DNA of 64,000 nucleotides from Candidatus Poseidoniaceae archaeon (GTDB lineage Archaea; Thermoplasmatota; Poseidoniia; Poseidoniales; Poseidoniaceae): NCBI GenBank assembly GCA_045568435.1, contig JBJLBB010000003.1:2509-66508 (forward strand), given 5' to 3'. The position numbers were made by a program, and so were the translations under genes. The notes beneath the pieces were generated by a model. That model saw only the letters and a list, made by a program, of their open reading frames with translations. It made no database searches and had not been told where the DNA came from. Below are positions 39,201 through 48,870 of the stretch, in pieces; position 1 is the stretch's first letter; every line of letters begins with the position of its first letter.

Positions 39201-39668
39201 ATTTTGAAGATGCCACTGGTCACCAAATAGCGAATCATCAGGAGTCCATTTTGGATTCATAGTCTTCTCAATCAAAGGATATGCAGTTTCAATAAATCCA
39301 TCTCTTTGCCATTCAGAGAAAATTTCGATGGCAATATCTGACTCAATGTCAACAATCCATACATTATCAAGATCTCTTGCCGCTTCTCCAACCGGATTAG
39401 AACTAACAACAACCCATTGACTTGTTTGTTCTAGTTGGGCATCAGTGTATTGAGATAAATCACTTACTCTTGCAAATGCCGACCTAACTGCTGGAGAGAA
39501 ATCATAGGTTATAGGTGCGTCATCCCAATTTTCTGAGAGAGGCGCTCCAATTTTTGGAGAATTACTTTCACTGTCCTCGCCAAAAACCGCCATAGGAGCA
39601 AGACTTGCTATCATCAAAATAGAGACGAGAGCAATCACACGCATTCTACTTCCTCCGGTCAATTCCAT
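36261..39668 (-). CDS. Kexin/proprotein-convertase-like S8 protease with P-domain, TSP3-like and MopE-like Cys repeats, C-terminal TM anchor
   Basis: S8 motifs HGTSAAGVAAAAGNN and GGTSSATPLASGVIALM. Post-catalytic P-domain-like region. Repeated TDPLxxDTDGDGLxDGxE units. Four DCNDxDxxIYPGAxELxNGIDxxCDG motifs. Confidence 0.8.
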   Translation of the reverse strand: MELTGGSRMRVIALVSILMIASLAPMAVFGEDSESNSPKIGAPLSENWDDAPITYDFSPAVRSAFARVSDLSQYTDAQLEQTSQWVVVSSNPVGEAARDLDNVWIVDIESDIAIEIFSEWQRDGFIETAYPLIEKTMNPKWTPDDSLFGDQWHLQNTGQTNGGVSGEDVNITGAWNNYRGSGVVIGIVDDGLDWNHADLDNYYADTLDYDFCNNDGDPTPSFNDGHGTSAAGVAAAAGNNSIGVSGAAPLASLAGLQLISCSTTDTREGNALSHERQSIDIYSNSWGPSDNGRTVEAPGPLMMAAFENDVDQGRGGLGNVITWAAGNGLDDDDNSNYDGYANSRHTIAVTAVTHKGEQSWYAEPGANILVAAPSDGDGEGITTTDIEGNGGYENGDYTDGFGGTSSATPLASGVIALMMDANPNLAYRDIQHILVQTCRKNDASDSSWYNNGAGHTVSHKYGFGVVDASAAVNLALNWNNVDEEISFLSGNIDMNNLNIPDNSNAVTDSVSVSESIKVEHVEVIVDISHDYRGDLEIILTSPQGTQSILSEKHGDSGNNWNNWMFTSVHNWDEDSTGTWTISVQDQGNGDDGTFHDWELNIYGTELNQDRDGDNLTNSDETNIYGTDPDDIDSDDDQVNDGLEVQVYGTDPLNIDTDGDGLDDGREILVNGTNPLVNDTDGDGLNDGQEVIIFGTDPLVPDLDLDGDTFYWFQDCNDSDPNIYPGAIELLNGIDENCDGQWDEGFNSSDTDFDGLTDFGEYHFFNTDLNLQDTDGDMLSDGDEVLIYQSNPLVFDNDTDLDGYYWFQDCNDTNDQINPDMVELLDGIDNNCSGEIDEDFIGLDRDQDGLPDLEEFNNIYTDPLNNDTDGDGLSDGDEIFNTSTNPLIPDLDEDGDGFRWFEECNDEDINIYPGATELWNGIDDDCDEQIDDGINRYQYLMAPNSSDITINSTSEPLQLSLEVNLTDSIKDKVGLEYIWKRNGATISQQESLNEEIIDCSKNNTGFSAVLCAQNGTVGPYPVIVIISDNTGGQISYSWNLSYTVWHPPEPVIEDDSKDSESGSKSENGLEMGTIASIIAGSVVIVLLVVLLLVRQGRSGIKPPKQPPNGGFHPPPPSQFSNVRSAPILPDLNNKWK

Positions 39669-39745
39669 ATTAGGACTATTGGTTTATTGTACGCCCAATA
39701 CTGTCCAAATCACCACAATTTGGATTTAAACAGTTGTTTGTAATT

Positions 39746-41674
39746 CTAAATGTCAAGTTGGGCTGAAAATGTAATTTCTTCAGGCTTTTCTACGGCCACC
39801 AAGGCGCGAATGCTGTGCTCCTTGCGCAGATATTCGGGTGCTGCTGCAACCTTGACACGACTATTACCAATCGATAATTGATGACCAGGAGAAATACTAA
39901 ATTCACCATCCGGAAGCCAAAAGCCAATCACTCCTAACTCTAAATGATTAGAAACAACGAGATTGTGCCCTTCTTCATCAACTTCCATTCTAATAACAGT
40001 TAATGGGGAATTATCAGGTAATAGTTTCGATGCCGGTTGCCAATCATCCCATGTATCATCCAAAGGTTTGGCTAATTCTTCAGCTTGCTTCTCGATATTC
40101 GATATTTGTTCTTCAAATGCTTCAGAGCTTGATTTATCTAAATTATTCAAACCATCGATGTAAAGTCGCAGGCTTTCATTTTGCTGACTTTCTTTGTCGG
40201 TTAGGGCAGAATTTGCTAAAACCATCGATTCCGCTAATTTTCCCATCGAGTCTCTATCATCGACTTCAATTGCACATTCCATGGCTTCGTCAAGAACTTC
40301 AATAGCAAGCCCTGCCTCATCTATGGCCAGAAGATTACTTCCTAAGTTGTAAAGAATCGAAGCCGACTTTTTCTTATCTTCCTTGATTATTTGATGAGCA
40401 ATATCAATGTGAGAGTTTGCTGTTTTATGATTCTTAGCCAAGTGGTTCATGATGCCAGCGCATACCACATATGGCAATCTATCTTCTTTGATTGCCTGTG
40501 CTTGACGGTCTGCTGTTTCAAAGAGGCTCGCCGCCCTTTCCCATTTTTGCGCGACCAATGCGAGTAAACCCAACTGATACATAGCTCTCATCTCAGCACC
40601 TCTATCATCGATTAAGGTTGCACTTTGTAGTGCTCTTGCGAGATGAAGTTTTGCTAAATTCAAATTGCCCGACATCTTTGCTAACATACCGAGAGCAGAC
40701 TCCATTCGATATACATGACCAGCCATGGCTCTATGGGCTATTTCTGCCGAAGATTCATCTAAAGGTGCTAATCCAAGTCCTATACTCTCAAGCACCTGAC
40801 TCATTTCTTCGATACCTGAATTATATATTTCGGCAACATCTGAAATGCTATGCTTCTCTGAAATCGATTTCAAGAAAACATCAAACTCTCTTATCGGTTC
40901 ACAAACCGTGGTCAAGACTCCCAGTGAGTTGATATGAGATTTTTTGACATCCCCGCCTAACAGGTATTTCCTCAGCGCTCTAATCAATTTTTGATTTGAT
41001 GTTGTTTCTGATGTGTTTGATACTATGGTTTTGATATCTCCTTTTGTATCAAGAAGTGAATCTACCATCCAAGTTAACTTTGCTTGAATATCATATTCTC
41101 CAGCACGACTAATCGCGTATCGCATCTCAGCCGCTCTAACTCTTCTAGAAAGACTGTTTAGACCTGAACGTGCTTGTTTTGGTCCGATTTCTGCCAACCT
41201 TTGTATGAATGTAGAAGGCGGACAGGTTGAGAAACCAAGGTTGACTTTTTGACTTGTAGTTGTCATTTTGAAATCATCGGTTACCAAGGTGACTTCTCTT
41301 CCTTCTTTGGAAAGTTTTGATGCCAATACCATCAAAGAAAGGTCAACATCTTGAGGTGACGCTCTCTCACCAATTTGAGACGCAAGCCCACGTATCTGGG
41401 AATCTTCAACACTAATTGTTGTCAATAGAGGTTTTAGCGAAGAGAGCAAATTGGGTTGTTTTTTCCATCGCTGAAATCGAACATTTCGAACTTCATCATG
41501 AACGCCAGGGGTGACATACATGCCTTCTGATGGTAGAATTTTCCCTAGGTCTCTTACAAAAGAATCTGGAGCCATAGAGCCAAGATGAATAAAACAGTTC
41601 GAGTCCACTACCCATGTCTGCGTCATGGACATTCCATAACTTCCCATTGATTGAGTTTTACTCAAGAGATTCAT
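39746..41674 (-). CDS. PIN-domain protein fused to TPR-like helical repeats
   Basis: N-terminal VVDSNCFIH...VTLVTDDF (PIN acidic residues). Central helical repeat region. C-terminal beta-rich domain. Confidence 0.5.
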   Translation of the reverse strand: MNLLSKTQSMGSYGMSMTQTWVVDSNCFIHLGSMAPDSFVRDLGKILPSEGMYVTPGVHDEVRNVRFQRWKKQPNLLSSLKPLLTTISVEDSQIRGLASQIGERASPQDVDLSLMVLASKLSKEGREVTLVTDDFKMTTTSQKVNLGFSTCPPSTFIQRLAEIGPKQARSGLNSLSRRVRAAEMRYAISRAGEYDIQAKLTWMVDSLLDTKGDIKTIVSNTSETTSNQKLIRALRKYLLGGDVKKSHINSLGVLTTVCEPIREFDVFLKSISEKHSISDVAEIYNSGIEEMSQVLESIGLGLAPLDESSAEIAHRAMAGHVYRMESALGMLAKMSGNLNLAKLHLARALQSATLIDDRGAEMRAMYQLGLLALVAQKWERAASLFETADRQAQAIKEDRLPYVVCAGIMNHLAKNHKTANSHIDIAHQIIKEDKKKSASILYNLGSNLLAIDEAGLAIEVLDEAMECAIEVDDRDSMGKLAESMVLANSALTDKESQQNESLRLYIDGLNNLDKSSSEAFEEQISNIEKQAEELAKPLDDTWDDWQPASKLLPDNSPLTVIRMEVDEEGHNLVVSNHLELGVIGFWLPDGEFSISPGHQLSIGNSRVKVAAAPEYLRKEHSIRALVAVEKPEEITFSAQLDI

Positions 41675-41717
41675 TATTTTTTAGAAATCATGCGGTATCT
41701 CAAAAAGTCAATCCAAC

Positions 41718-42140
41718 TTGGTGATACATAGTGGTAAGATGACAAAGAAGACAAAGAGTCGTGATTTAGACCACCTTATGGAACAAAATGACACTGAACT
41801 CTCATTTCTCTCAGCCTATGGAGGTCTATCTAATGATGAGGAAGACCCTAGCAGTATTTACTCAGCAGTGAAGCGTTTTCTAAAGGCTGGAGGAGTTTCG
41901 TTCGAAGAAAAAAAGCAACGAATTGATTTCGAATTTGGTTATGCTCAATGCGTTGAAAAGGGTTGTAAAATTTATTTCAAAGGACGTAGCCTTCCTCTGG
42001 TTAATAGTGATTTGATACAAAACGGCTTTATCGATGGGAAATTACCTGTAAGGAGAGGCTCTTGCACAGTTACCATTCAGTTATGGGATAATGAACAACG
42101 CCGATTTATCGAACGTCTTGTTGAACACATCAAGAAATAA
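41718..42140 (+). CDS. Hypothetical protein
   Basis: 140-aa ORF, no motif recognised. Confidence 0.4.
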   Translation: MVIHSGKMTKKTKSRDLDHLMEQNDTELSFLSAYGGLSNDEEDPSSIYSAVKRFLKAGGVSFEEKKQRIDFEFGYAQCVEKGCKIYFKGRSLPLVNSDLIQNGFIDGKLPVRRGSCTVTIQLWDNEQRRFIERLVEHIKK

Positions 42141-42650
42141 TTAGCCTTCCATTTCCCAAAGTTCATCACCAACCCAATGCAGAGTTTTGATGCCTTTGCC
42201 TTTGGTTGCTGATGCCATTTCATTACCATCCATCACAGACCAGCCTATTGCAAGCGGTTTCTTGTGAGTCATATCTCTAATCCAAACCAATTCCCCCTTG
42301 ACTATATTTTCATCAGCAGCTTGCACTCCTGCCACCATACAATCAGCACCATTCATCAAAAAGGGAATTGCCCCATGGTCAACTTCAACCCATTTACCTG
42401 CTTCAGGATAGTCGAGGAAACCACGTAATGTGAGGAAAGTAAATCTTTGATTTTCTTCGTCTTTAACTTCAACCGTTTTTGCAACTTTGTCTACAAAAAC
42501 CATTTGCCAAGACCCATATTCGGCCATTTCCAAAAATGCTCCATCTACGGATAGGTCGATCTGCAAAGATTCTTCCAACTCTTTTAGGAGTGGAGCGATA
42601 TTCTTTCTTCTGACAGGCCTTCGCTTACGGATAGTCCATTCCTTGCTCAT
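42141..42650 (-). CDS. PUA-domain protein (Tma20/MCT-1-like)
   Basis: About 170 aa with a C-terminal PUA-like beta domain (LVWIRDMTHKKPLAIGWSVMDG). Confidence 0.5.
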   Translation of the reverse strand: MSKEWTIRKRRPVRRKNIAPLLKELEESLQIDLSVDGAFLEMAEYGSWQMVFVDKVAKTVEVKDEENQRFTFLTLRGFLDYPEAGKWVEVDHGAIPFLMNGADCMVAGVQAADENIVKGELVWIRDMTHKKPLAIGWSVMDGNEMASATKGKGIKTLHWVGDELWEMEG

Positions 42651-42667
42651 ATCATGGCCTTTCCCTC

Positions 42668-43336
42668 ATGGTCTTTGACAGTTTTTACCATCGCGGGTTT
42701 GATGTGCCGAATATATCTGGCATCATCATGGCCCTATGGTGTTCAATCCGAACTTTTGCTAAACATGCAAGTGAACTTGGTAATCAGCAACCAGCAGAAC
42801 CGATTTTTTTTGTTAAGCCAAATAATTGTATACAAACCGAAGGAGATATTCAAGTTAGTACTCATCCAGGAAGCGTACATCATGAGGTAGAGTGTGTAAT
42901 TCGTTTAAATCAAGATTTACAGATAGATGCTATTGCCGTAGGGCTGGATTTAACCGATAGAGATACTCAATCGAAATTAAGGCAAGAACAGTTACCTTGG
43001 TCGAAAGGAAAATGTTTCCGTGCTAGTGCAGTTTTAGGTAATTTTGTTAATTGGAGCGGTTCTTTCGAGTCATTATGTGACCCATCAAATTATCTTCAAT
43101 TAGAACTAATAGTCAATGATGAAGTGAGGCAAAGAGAATTATTATCTTCGATGAGTATTACTCCCTCAGAACAATATGAGGACTTAATTCGCTGGGCACC
43201 AATTCAATCAGGTGATTATTTATTCACTGGTACTCCTTCCGGAGTAGCACAATTATTTCCCGGTGATAAACTCAAAGCCACTCTTCAAACCACTGACGGA
43301 GAGGTTATTTCCACTATTGAGTCGGTTTGTGTATGA
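42668..43336 (+). CDS. Fumarylacetoacetate hydrolase (FAH) family hydratase/isomerase
   Basis: FFVKPNNCIQTEGDIQV...HEVECVIRL...DLTDRD...FTGTPSGVAQL; FAH-fold metal-binding pattern. Confidence 0.75.
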   Translation: MVFDSFYHRGFDVPNISGIIMALWCSIRTFAKHASELGNQQPAEPIFFVKPNNCIQTEGDIQVSTHPGSVHHEVECVIRLNQDLQIDAIAVGLDLTDRDTQSKLRQEQLPWSKGKCFRASAVLGNFVNWSGSFESLCDPSNYLQLELIVNDEVRQRELLSSMSITPSEQYEDLIRWAPIQSGDYLFTGTPSGVAQLFPGDKLKATLQTTDGEVISTIESVCV

Positions 43337-43391
43337 GGGTTGATTTCATATATGGCTCGTTTCTCGGTGTGTCCTGCAAGGAGACTTAATC

Positions 43392-43772
43392 ATGGCTCAA
43401 TGGCACGGAATCTCAAGACGCAAACCTAGCGGTGGTCGAAAAGTACAGGCTCGCGGTAAGCGTTCTACTGAAATATCAACAGAGAAGCAATTGGCTTTGA
43501 TTGGAGAATCTAAAACTAAAATCTACCGTAGAACCGGTGGAAATACTTTGGTTCGTGTACTTGCAGCTGACAAAGTTTCAATCAATGACCCAAAAACCGG
43601 TAAAACATCTCTTGGCACAATTGAAAATGTTGTAGAGAATGAATCGGACCCTAACTATGTTCGTAGAAACGTTTTGGTCAAGGGAGCAATCATCGAAACC
43701 GACAAAGGTCGTGTAAAAATCACATCCCGTCCTGGTAAGGATGGAGTCATAAATGGCATTCTTGTTGAATGA
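43392..43772 (+). CDS. rps8e: 30S ribosomal protein S8e
   Basis: MAQWHGISRRKPSGGRKVQARGKR, a typical S8e N-terminus. Confidence 0.9.
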   Translation: MAQWHGISRRKPSGGRKVQARGKRSTEISTEKQLALIGESKTKIYRRTGGNTLVRVLAADKVSINDPKTGKTSLGTIENVVENESDPNYVRRNVLVKGAIIETDKGRVKITSRPGKDGVINGILVE

Positions 43773-43817
43773 ATGCGTTTATCAGTTCAACACATTTCCC
43801 TATTATTGGTGAGATAA

Positions 43818-44273
43818 GTGGACCACAATCCTGACCGATTATCGATTTGGCCCGGATATTTCGACATCCGTGTTTCAAGACGTAACGGACGTAGAGTTCC
43901 AAAAGACTCCTCAGTCATCAAACCAGACCTTGAAGGATTATTCATGGCAGCTAGGAAAGTTGGCCTAAAGAAAATCAAACGGGAAGAAGATTCCAGTCAT
44001 CCAAAACGCCCACATGGAAAGGAAGGCAGGCTCTGGGTCAGTAGATCGGGCGCAAAACAGTCAATCGGTGCAAATAGCAAAGAGGAATTACTCCAGTTGA
44101 TTGGAGGAGAATGGCGTCAAATCCAGAGGTCGCTCAAAGACGCAGATGCAAAGAGAGTTGCAGCAGGCCCTCAAACAGGAGACCGTCGCGCTCGCTCGCA
44201 AAGAAAATCTCGCACACAAAGTCAACCAAATCAAAAGAGCAGTTTCAAGAAACGAGGCTTCAAGAAGCGCTGA
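43818..44273 (+). CDS. srp19: Signal recognition particle protein SRP19
   Basis: IWPGYFD...SRRNGRRVPK motif. Basic C-terminal tail. Confidence 0.8.
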   Translation: MDHNPDRLSIWPGYFDIRVSRRNGRRVPKDSSVIKPDLEGLFMAARKVGLKKIKREEDSSHPKRPHGKEGRLWVSRSGAKQSIGANSKEELLQLIGGEWRQIQRSLKDADAKRVAAGPQTGDRRARSQRKSRTQSQPNQKSSFKKRGFKKR

Positions 44274-45293
44274 TCACAGTGGGACTTCGTGTAACCAACC
44301 AAAGATATCTTCTTCGGTTTCATTTTGAATACCGACTAATTGATTATACAACTTGGTAGTTAATTCTCCAGGTTTACCATTTCCATATTCGGCTTTATTG
44401 TCACCTTTAGTAATTGAGCCAATTGGTGAAATTACCGCAGCAGTACCACAACAAAATGCTTCATCAGCATTCATTGCAAATTCGGCAGTTACTTTGGTTT
44501 CATGCACCTCAATTCCGTTATGTCTTGCTAATTTAATCAAACTATCTCTAGTGATTCCAGGAAGAATAGTTCCGGTTAATTCAGGAGTGTAAAGTACGCC
44601 ATCTTTGACACAGAAGAAATTGGCAGCGCCAACCTCTTCAATACATGTATGAGTTTCAGCATCGAGATAAATTACTTCAGCATATCCGTCTGCTTTCGCC
44701 TTTTTACTTGGCATCATTCCTGGTGCGTAATTTCCAATCGCCTTAACTCCACCAGAACCGCCAGGGGCTGCTCTATGGTGCTCTTCAGAAATCACTAGAT
44801 TTATCGCAGTCACGCCACCTTTGAAGTATGGGCCTACAGGAGTGACATAAACCAAAAAGCGGTAAGTGGGGGCAGGGGCGACTCCAAGAATTGGTCCAGA
44901 GCCCATCAATAGTGGACGGACATACATTGCCCCTCTACCGCTTGGGGGTAACCATCGAAGATTTTGTTGAACACATTGTTCAACTGCATCGATAAAAATT
45001 GATTCAGGTACAGGTGGCATCTTCAAACGGTCTGCACCTCTTTGCATTCTTCTAGCATTTTCCTCTGGCCTAAAAAAGACCACTCTGTCCTTTGAGGTTC
45101 GGTATGCTTTCATTCCTTCAAACAGCCCTTGGCCATAGTTCAAAACACCGGCAGCCGGAGAGATTTTCATATCGCCATATGGCATCAAATCTCCAGGAGT
45201 CCAAGGTTCATCTATCGCTGTTTCAGTGATGTACATAGTGTCGGTTGGGGTAAGAGAAAAAGTCAAACTATCCCAGTCAATTTCTTCGCTCAT
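44274..45293 (-). CDS. ilvE: Branched-chain amino acid aminotransferase (class IV)
   Basis: YGQGLFEGMKAYR...VFFRPEENARRM...RLKMP and a C-terminal PLP fold-type IV pattern. Confidence 0.9.
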   Translation of the reverse strand: MSEEIDWDSLTFSLTPTDTMYITETAIDEPWTPGDLMPYGDMKISPAAGVLNYGQGLFEGMKAYRTSKDRVVFFRPEENARRMQRGADRLKMPPVPESIFIDAVEQCVQQNLRWLPPSGRGAMYVRPLLMGSGPILGVAPAPTYRFLVYVTPVGPYFKGGVTAINLVISEEHHRAAPGGSGGVKAIGNYAPGMMPSKKAKADGYAEVIYLDAETHTCIEEVGAANFFCVKDGVLYTPELTGTILPGITRDSLIKLARHNGIEVHETKVTAEFAMNADEAFCCGTAAVISPIGSITKGDNKAEYGNGKPGELTTKLYNQLVGIQNETEEDIFGWLHEVPL

Positions 45294-45412
45294 ACTAACC
45301 CCAACATGATGCCCATAGAAATCCGGCTTTCAATCATTACTGTTGGTAAAGTATGCTGATATGCCGATTATTCTAGTAAATATTCAATATCCCTCAGCCA
45401 TCCAATTAATTC

Positions 45413-46105
45413 ATGAGCCAACCATCTCTTGAGGAAATGACCTCGACTTTGGCAGTGAAAATGGAAGAGGTCGGTGCACCTCTTGGGATAGCAATCTTAG
45501 GACTTTCAATTCTACTATTTCTACAAGGGCATCGCAGATTACCTTTGGTATCTTTCATAATCGGGGCAGCAATTGGATATTACCTATCTCCAGAAATCAC
45601 GCCATTAGCCGAAGAATTAGGTATATCATTATCCGCTACACAGATCACAGGTATTCTCTGCTTTTTCATTGGAATGGTGCTCTCAGCACTCGTTCGTATG
45701 TCGACTAGAATGCTTACTTCTGCATTTATATTCATAACTTTTTCAACCGGTATCCAAACACTTGGTAATTATGGGTTTGATGTTGAAAGGAGTAATCTTT
45801 GGAGTGGAATTGCAGCACTAGCAGCCTTTTTCCTAACAATGGGAATAAATCGTTTACTACCTATGATAGTATCAGCAATATTTGCCGCCTATGGCTGTTT
45901 AATAGCCACCTTACTGTTGACTGGAAATCCTCTTTCTACATTCGAACCAGTAGAGGTAAAGACCTTTGTATTGATGGTACCAATTTTTGTGTTAAGCATT
46001 TTCTTACAGCGAATAGATGTTCAAAAATTAGAGGAAAGAGAGTTGGCAAAAGAAGCCCCAGACCCAGAATATGTCGAAGCACAGCAGCATTTTATTCCTC
46101 TTTGA
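45413..46105 (+). CDS. Hypothetical membrane protein (6 TM)
   Basis: Hydrophobic helices throughout. Confidence 0.5.
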   Translation: MSQPSLEEMTSTLAVKMEEVGAPLGIAILGLSILLFLQGHRRLPLVSFIIGAAIGYYLSPEITPLAEELGISLSATQITGILCFFIGMVLSALVRMSTRMLTSAFIFITFSTGIQTLGNYGFDVERSNLWSGIAALAAFFLTMGINRLLPMIVSAIFAAYGCLIATLLLTGNPLSTFEPVEVKTFVLMVPIFVLSIFLQRIDVQKLEERELAKEAPDPEYVEAQQHFIPL

Positions 46106-46144
46106 AAATACGAAGTGCCATAGTGCCTCGCCAATCTGCTTGTA

Positions 46145-48838
46145 TTGGGCAGAGCCATGAAGTTCGACGGTAAACTGGGTATAATCAGTGGGCGTTACCA
46201 CTCTGTCGATGCCTCCAAAGGGGGTGCTGACCACAAAACCATCCTCGAAGTATTCGCACGTTGCGAAGATGGGCGCTCGGCCTGTTTACTCGTTTCAGGT
46301 ATGTCACCAACCTTTGAGATAACCCCTCTAAGTGCTTGGAAAGAAGGTCAAGAACTCCCACAATTATTTCTTGATAAATTAAAGCGCCTTGAGGCCAATG
46401 AAGATATTCGCTCAATTAGCGGCCCTGAGATGAAACTTACAGACCTTGGCATGCGACCAATCTGGCAAGTAACCGCCCGTCAGCCATTTGTTGTCCCAAG
46501 TCTTAGAAAATCGCTTGTAAAGCAATCATGGCAGATATTTGCCGGCGATATACCATTTTTGAATCGTCTTTTCCTCGACAATGACCTAAGCATGCACGTC
46601 CATGCAAAAGGCGAAATTATCGATTCAAGAGATATAATTGAAAATGGTGAAGAGCAGAGATTGAAAGTACTCAAGGCTGGTGGAGCGGGAAGATATGCTG
46701 TTGACATCACAGTATCTTGTGATGTTAGTGATTTATCAGATTGTGAACCATTCCAAGTACCATTCAAAGTATTCTCTTTCGACCTTGAAACCAGTATTGA
46801 GCATGAAAAAGTCCTGTGTGCGGCCGCATGGATTGAAGATATGTCAAATGGTACTCGGCAAGAATTCTCGTTTGAAGGTGAAGAGACTTACATCATGGAA
46901 CAACTGACTCTCGTAGTTAGAGGGCAAGACCCAGATGTCATCACCGGATATAATATTGATAATTTTGATTTGCCCAAACTCAATGATAGGATGGATGTTC
47001 AAGCAAAAAGGTCAGATTGGCGCAAACGTGCAGCACTATTTGGTTGGGGTAGAGTCGAGCAATCAGAAGCAGAAAACAAAAGATTGCGAACAGGTTTAAT
47101 CCCGCGTAGACAAAGTAATCGAGCATGGAATGTCGCAGGCCGAAGTATTGTAGATGCTTGGTGGCAGGCACGAATGACGCTTCGACCTCAACGAGAAACC
47201 CTTTCTTATGTTGCTAAGTTACTATTTCCAGACGATGCTGAAAGACATAAAATGGATGTTGATGCTTCAAAGATGGACCAAGAATGGGCAGATAGGCCAG
47301 ATGTGGTAATGGAGTACTGTATTAGAGACGCAGCATTACCTCTCGATATTCTAAATCAATTACAAGTTGTAAGGCGTAAAGAAGCGGTAGCAGCAGTTGC
47401 CAAGGTATCATTTGATACTGCAGCGAATGGAAGCAGTAGCCAACTTGTTGATTCTCTAATAATTAGATTGGCAGATAGAGAGAAGGTCGCTGTACCATTG
47501 ACTGGTTCTGCTGAAGCCAAAGAGGGGCAAATCACAGGCGGTTATGTTCACGATGTAGCAGCAGGACTTCATCCTTGGATTGCTGTTTTGGATTTCAAAA
47601 GTATGTATCCATCAATTATGATTGGCAATAATATCTGCTATACAACAAGAATAGACCCGGTTCAATCAGACCAACCGGTAGAAGATGAACCGGTTTATAC
47701 CGCACCAACAGGGGCACGTTTCCGTCATCAAAGTGTCCGCAAAGGCCTTGTTCCAACCCTTCTTGAAAACCTAATGGCTCAAAGAGATGTTCACAAAGCA
47801 TCACTAAAAGTTGCTAAAGAGCAAAGTGATTCAGCCGGAATAATGTTCCATGATTCGATGCAATATGCGGTAAAAATTCTAATGAATACTTTCTATGGAG
47901 TCTTTGCAAGTGGCTTTTATCGTTTTACTCATCGTGATCTTGGTTCTTCAATCACCGCCTGGGCTAGATTCAATATCAAGGATATAATTTCTCAATTAGA
48001 ACAAGAGGAACATCATGTAGTTTACTCTGATACAGACTCCATTTTTGTCCGCTCACCGGTGCCCGATGGTTCACCTTCAACAATTAAGCAAGAGGATTTC
48101 GTTGCCGCAGAGCAAGGCGATAAAGAGGCACAAAAACAAGTAGAAGCATGGAATAAAGCGAAGCAAAGTATGCTTGATTTCGGACTTGAAATCGCAGAAC
48201 GTTACAGTAAAGATTCAGCGATTTTGGAATATGAAAAAGGCCTCTCAGTATTCTTCAGTCACGGAGCTAAGAAGCGTTATGTCGGGCAAGTTGTCTGGCC
48301 AAATGAAGAGATGCTCATTCGTGGATATGAGACACAAAGAACTGACTCATTCTCTTATTTGACTAAAACAATGAAGCAATTATTTACGTTTGCTCTAGCC
48401 GATGAAGGTGAGGAATTAGTCAAGTGTGCTCTTGATAGAGTCAAAGCACTCAAGGACAATCAAGTCGAGGCAACCGAACTCATTCTCGCTAAATCTTGTA
48501 AAGGCAGAGTCAACAAAGATGGCTCAGTTGATTTTAGTAAAAATTATGCTAAACCGGATAGTATGGCGCAAGTAAGAGTTGCTAAGGCGAGAATCGCTCT
48601 TGGCCTTGGATTTACTTCAGGAATGAAAGTATCCTATGTCGTAACCGATGCTTCAGTTAGTCCAATGACTGTAAAACCATGGTTGGAAACAGAGGAAGGT
48701 GGGGGAATAACAGGCTATGATGGTCGATTTTATGCAGAGAGATTAGCGGCAGCACTTGGAAGAATAACCGAGGCTTTTGGTTGGAATGCCAAAGAATTGA
48801 TTGCTGGGAATAAGCAAACATCGTTATTTTCGTTCTAA
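46145..48838 (+). CDS. polB: DNA polymerase, family B
   Basis: Exo I FSFDLETS, Pol motif A DFKSMYPSI, motif C YSDTDSIFV. C-terminal PIP box QTSLFSF. Confidence 0.9.
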   Translation: MGRAMKFDGKLGIISGRYHSVDASKGGADHKTILEVFARCEDGRSACLLVSGMSPTFEITPLSAWKEGQELPQLFLDKLKRLEANEDIRSISGPEMKLTDLGMRPIWQVTARQPFVVPSLRKSLVKQSWQIFAGDIPFLNRLFLDNDLSMHVHAKGEIIDSRDIIENGEEQRLKVLKAGGAGRYAVDITVSCDVSDLSDCEPFQVPFKVFSFDLETSIEHEKVLCAAAWIEDMSNGTRQEFSFEGEETYIMEQLTLVVRGQDPDVITGYNIDNFDLPKLNDRMDVQAKRSDWRKRAALFGWGRVEQSEAENKRLRTGLIPRRQSNRAWNVAGRSIVDAWWQARMTLRPQRETLSYVAKLLFPDDAERHKMDVDASKMDQEWADRPDVVMEYCIRDAALPLDILNQLQVVRRKEAVAAVAKVSFDTAANGSSSQLVDSLIIRLADREKVAVPLTGSAEAKEGQITGGYVHDVAAGLHPWIAVLDFKSMYPSIMIGNNICYTTRIDPVQSDQPVEDEPVYTAPTGARFRHQSVRKGLVPTLLENLMAQRDVHKASLKVAKEQSDSAGIMFHDSMQYAVKILMNTFYGVFASGFYRFTHRDLGSSITAWARFNIKDIISQLEQEEHHVVYSDTDSIFVRSPVPDGSPSTIKQEDFVAAEQGDKEAQKQVEAWNKAKQSMLDFGLEIAERYSKDSAILEYEKGLSVFFSHGAKKRYVGQVVWPNEEMLIRGYETQRTDSFSYLTKTMKQLFTFALADEGEELVKCALDRVKALKDNQVEATELILAKSCKGRVNKDGSVDFSKNYAKPDSMAQVRVAKARIALGLGFTSGMKVSYVVTDASVSPMTVKPWLETEEGGGITGYDGRFYAERLAAALGRITEAFGWNAKELIAGNKQTSLFSF

Positions 48839-48870
48839 ATTGACCCATTCGACGGGAGTATTTTTGATAT

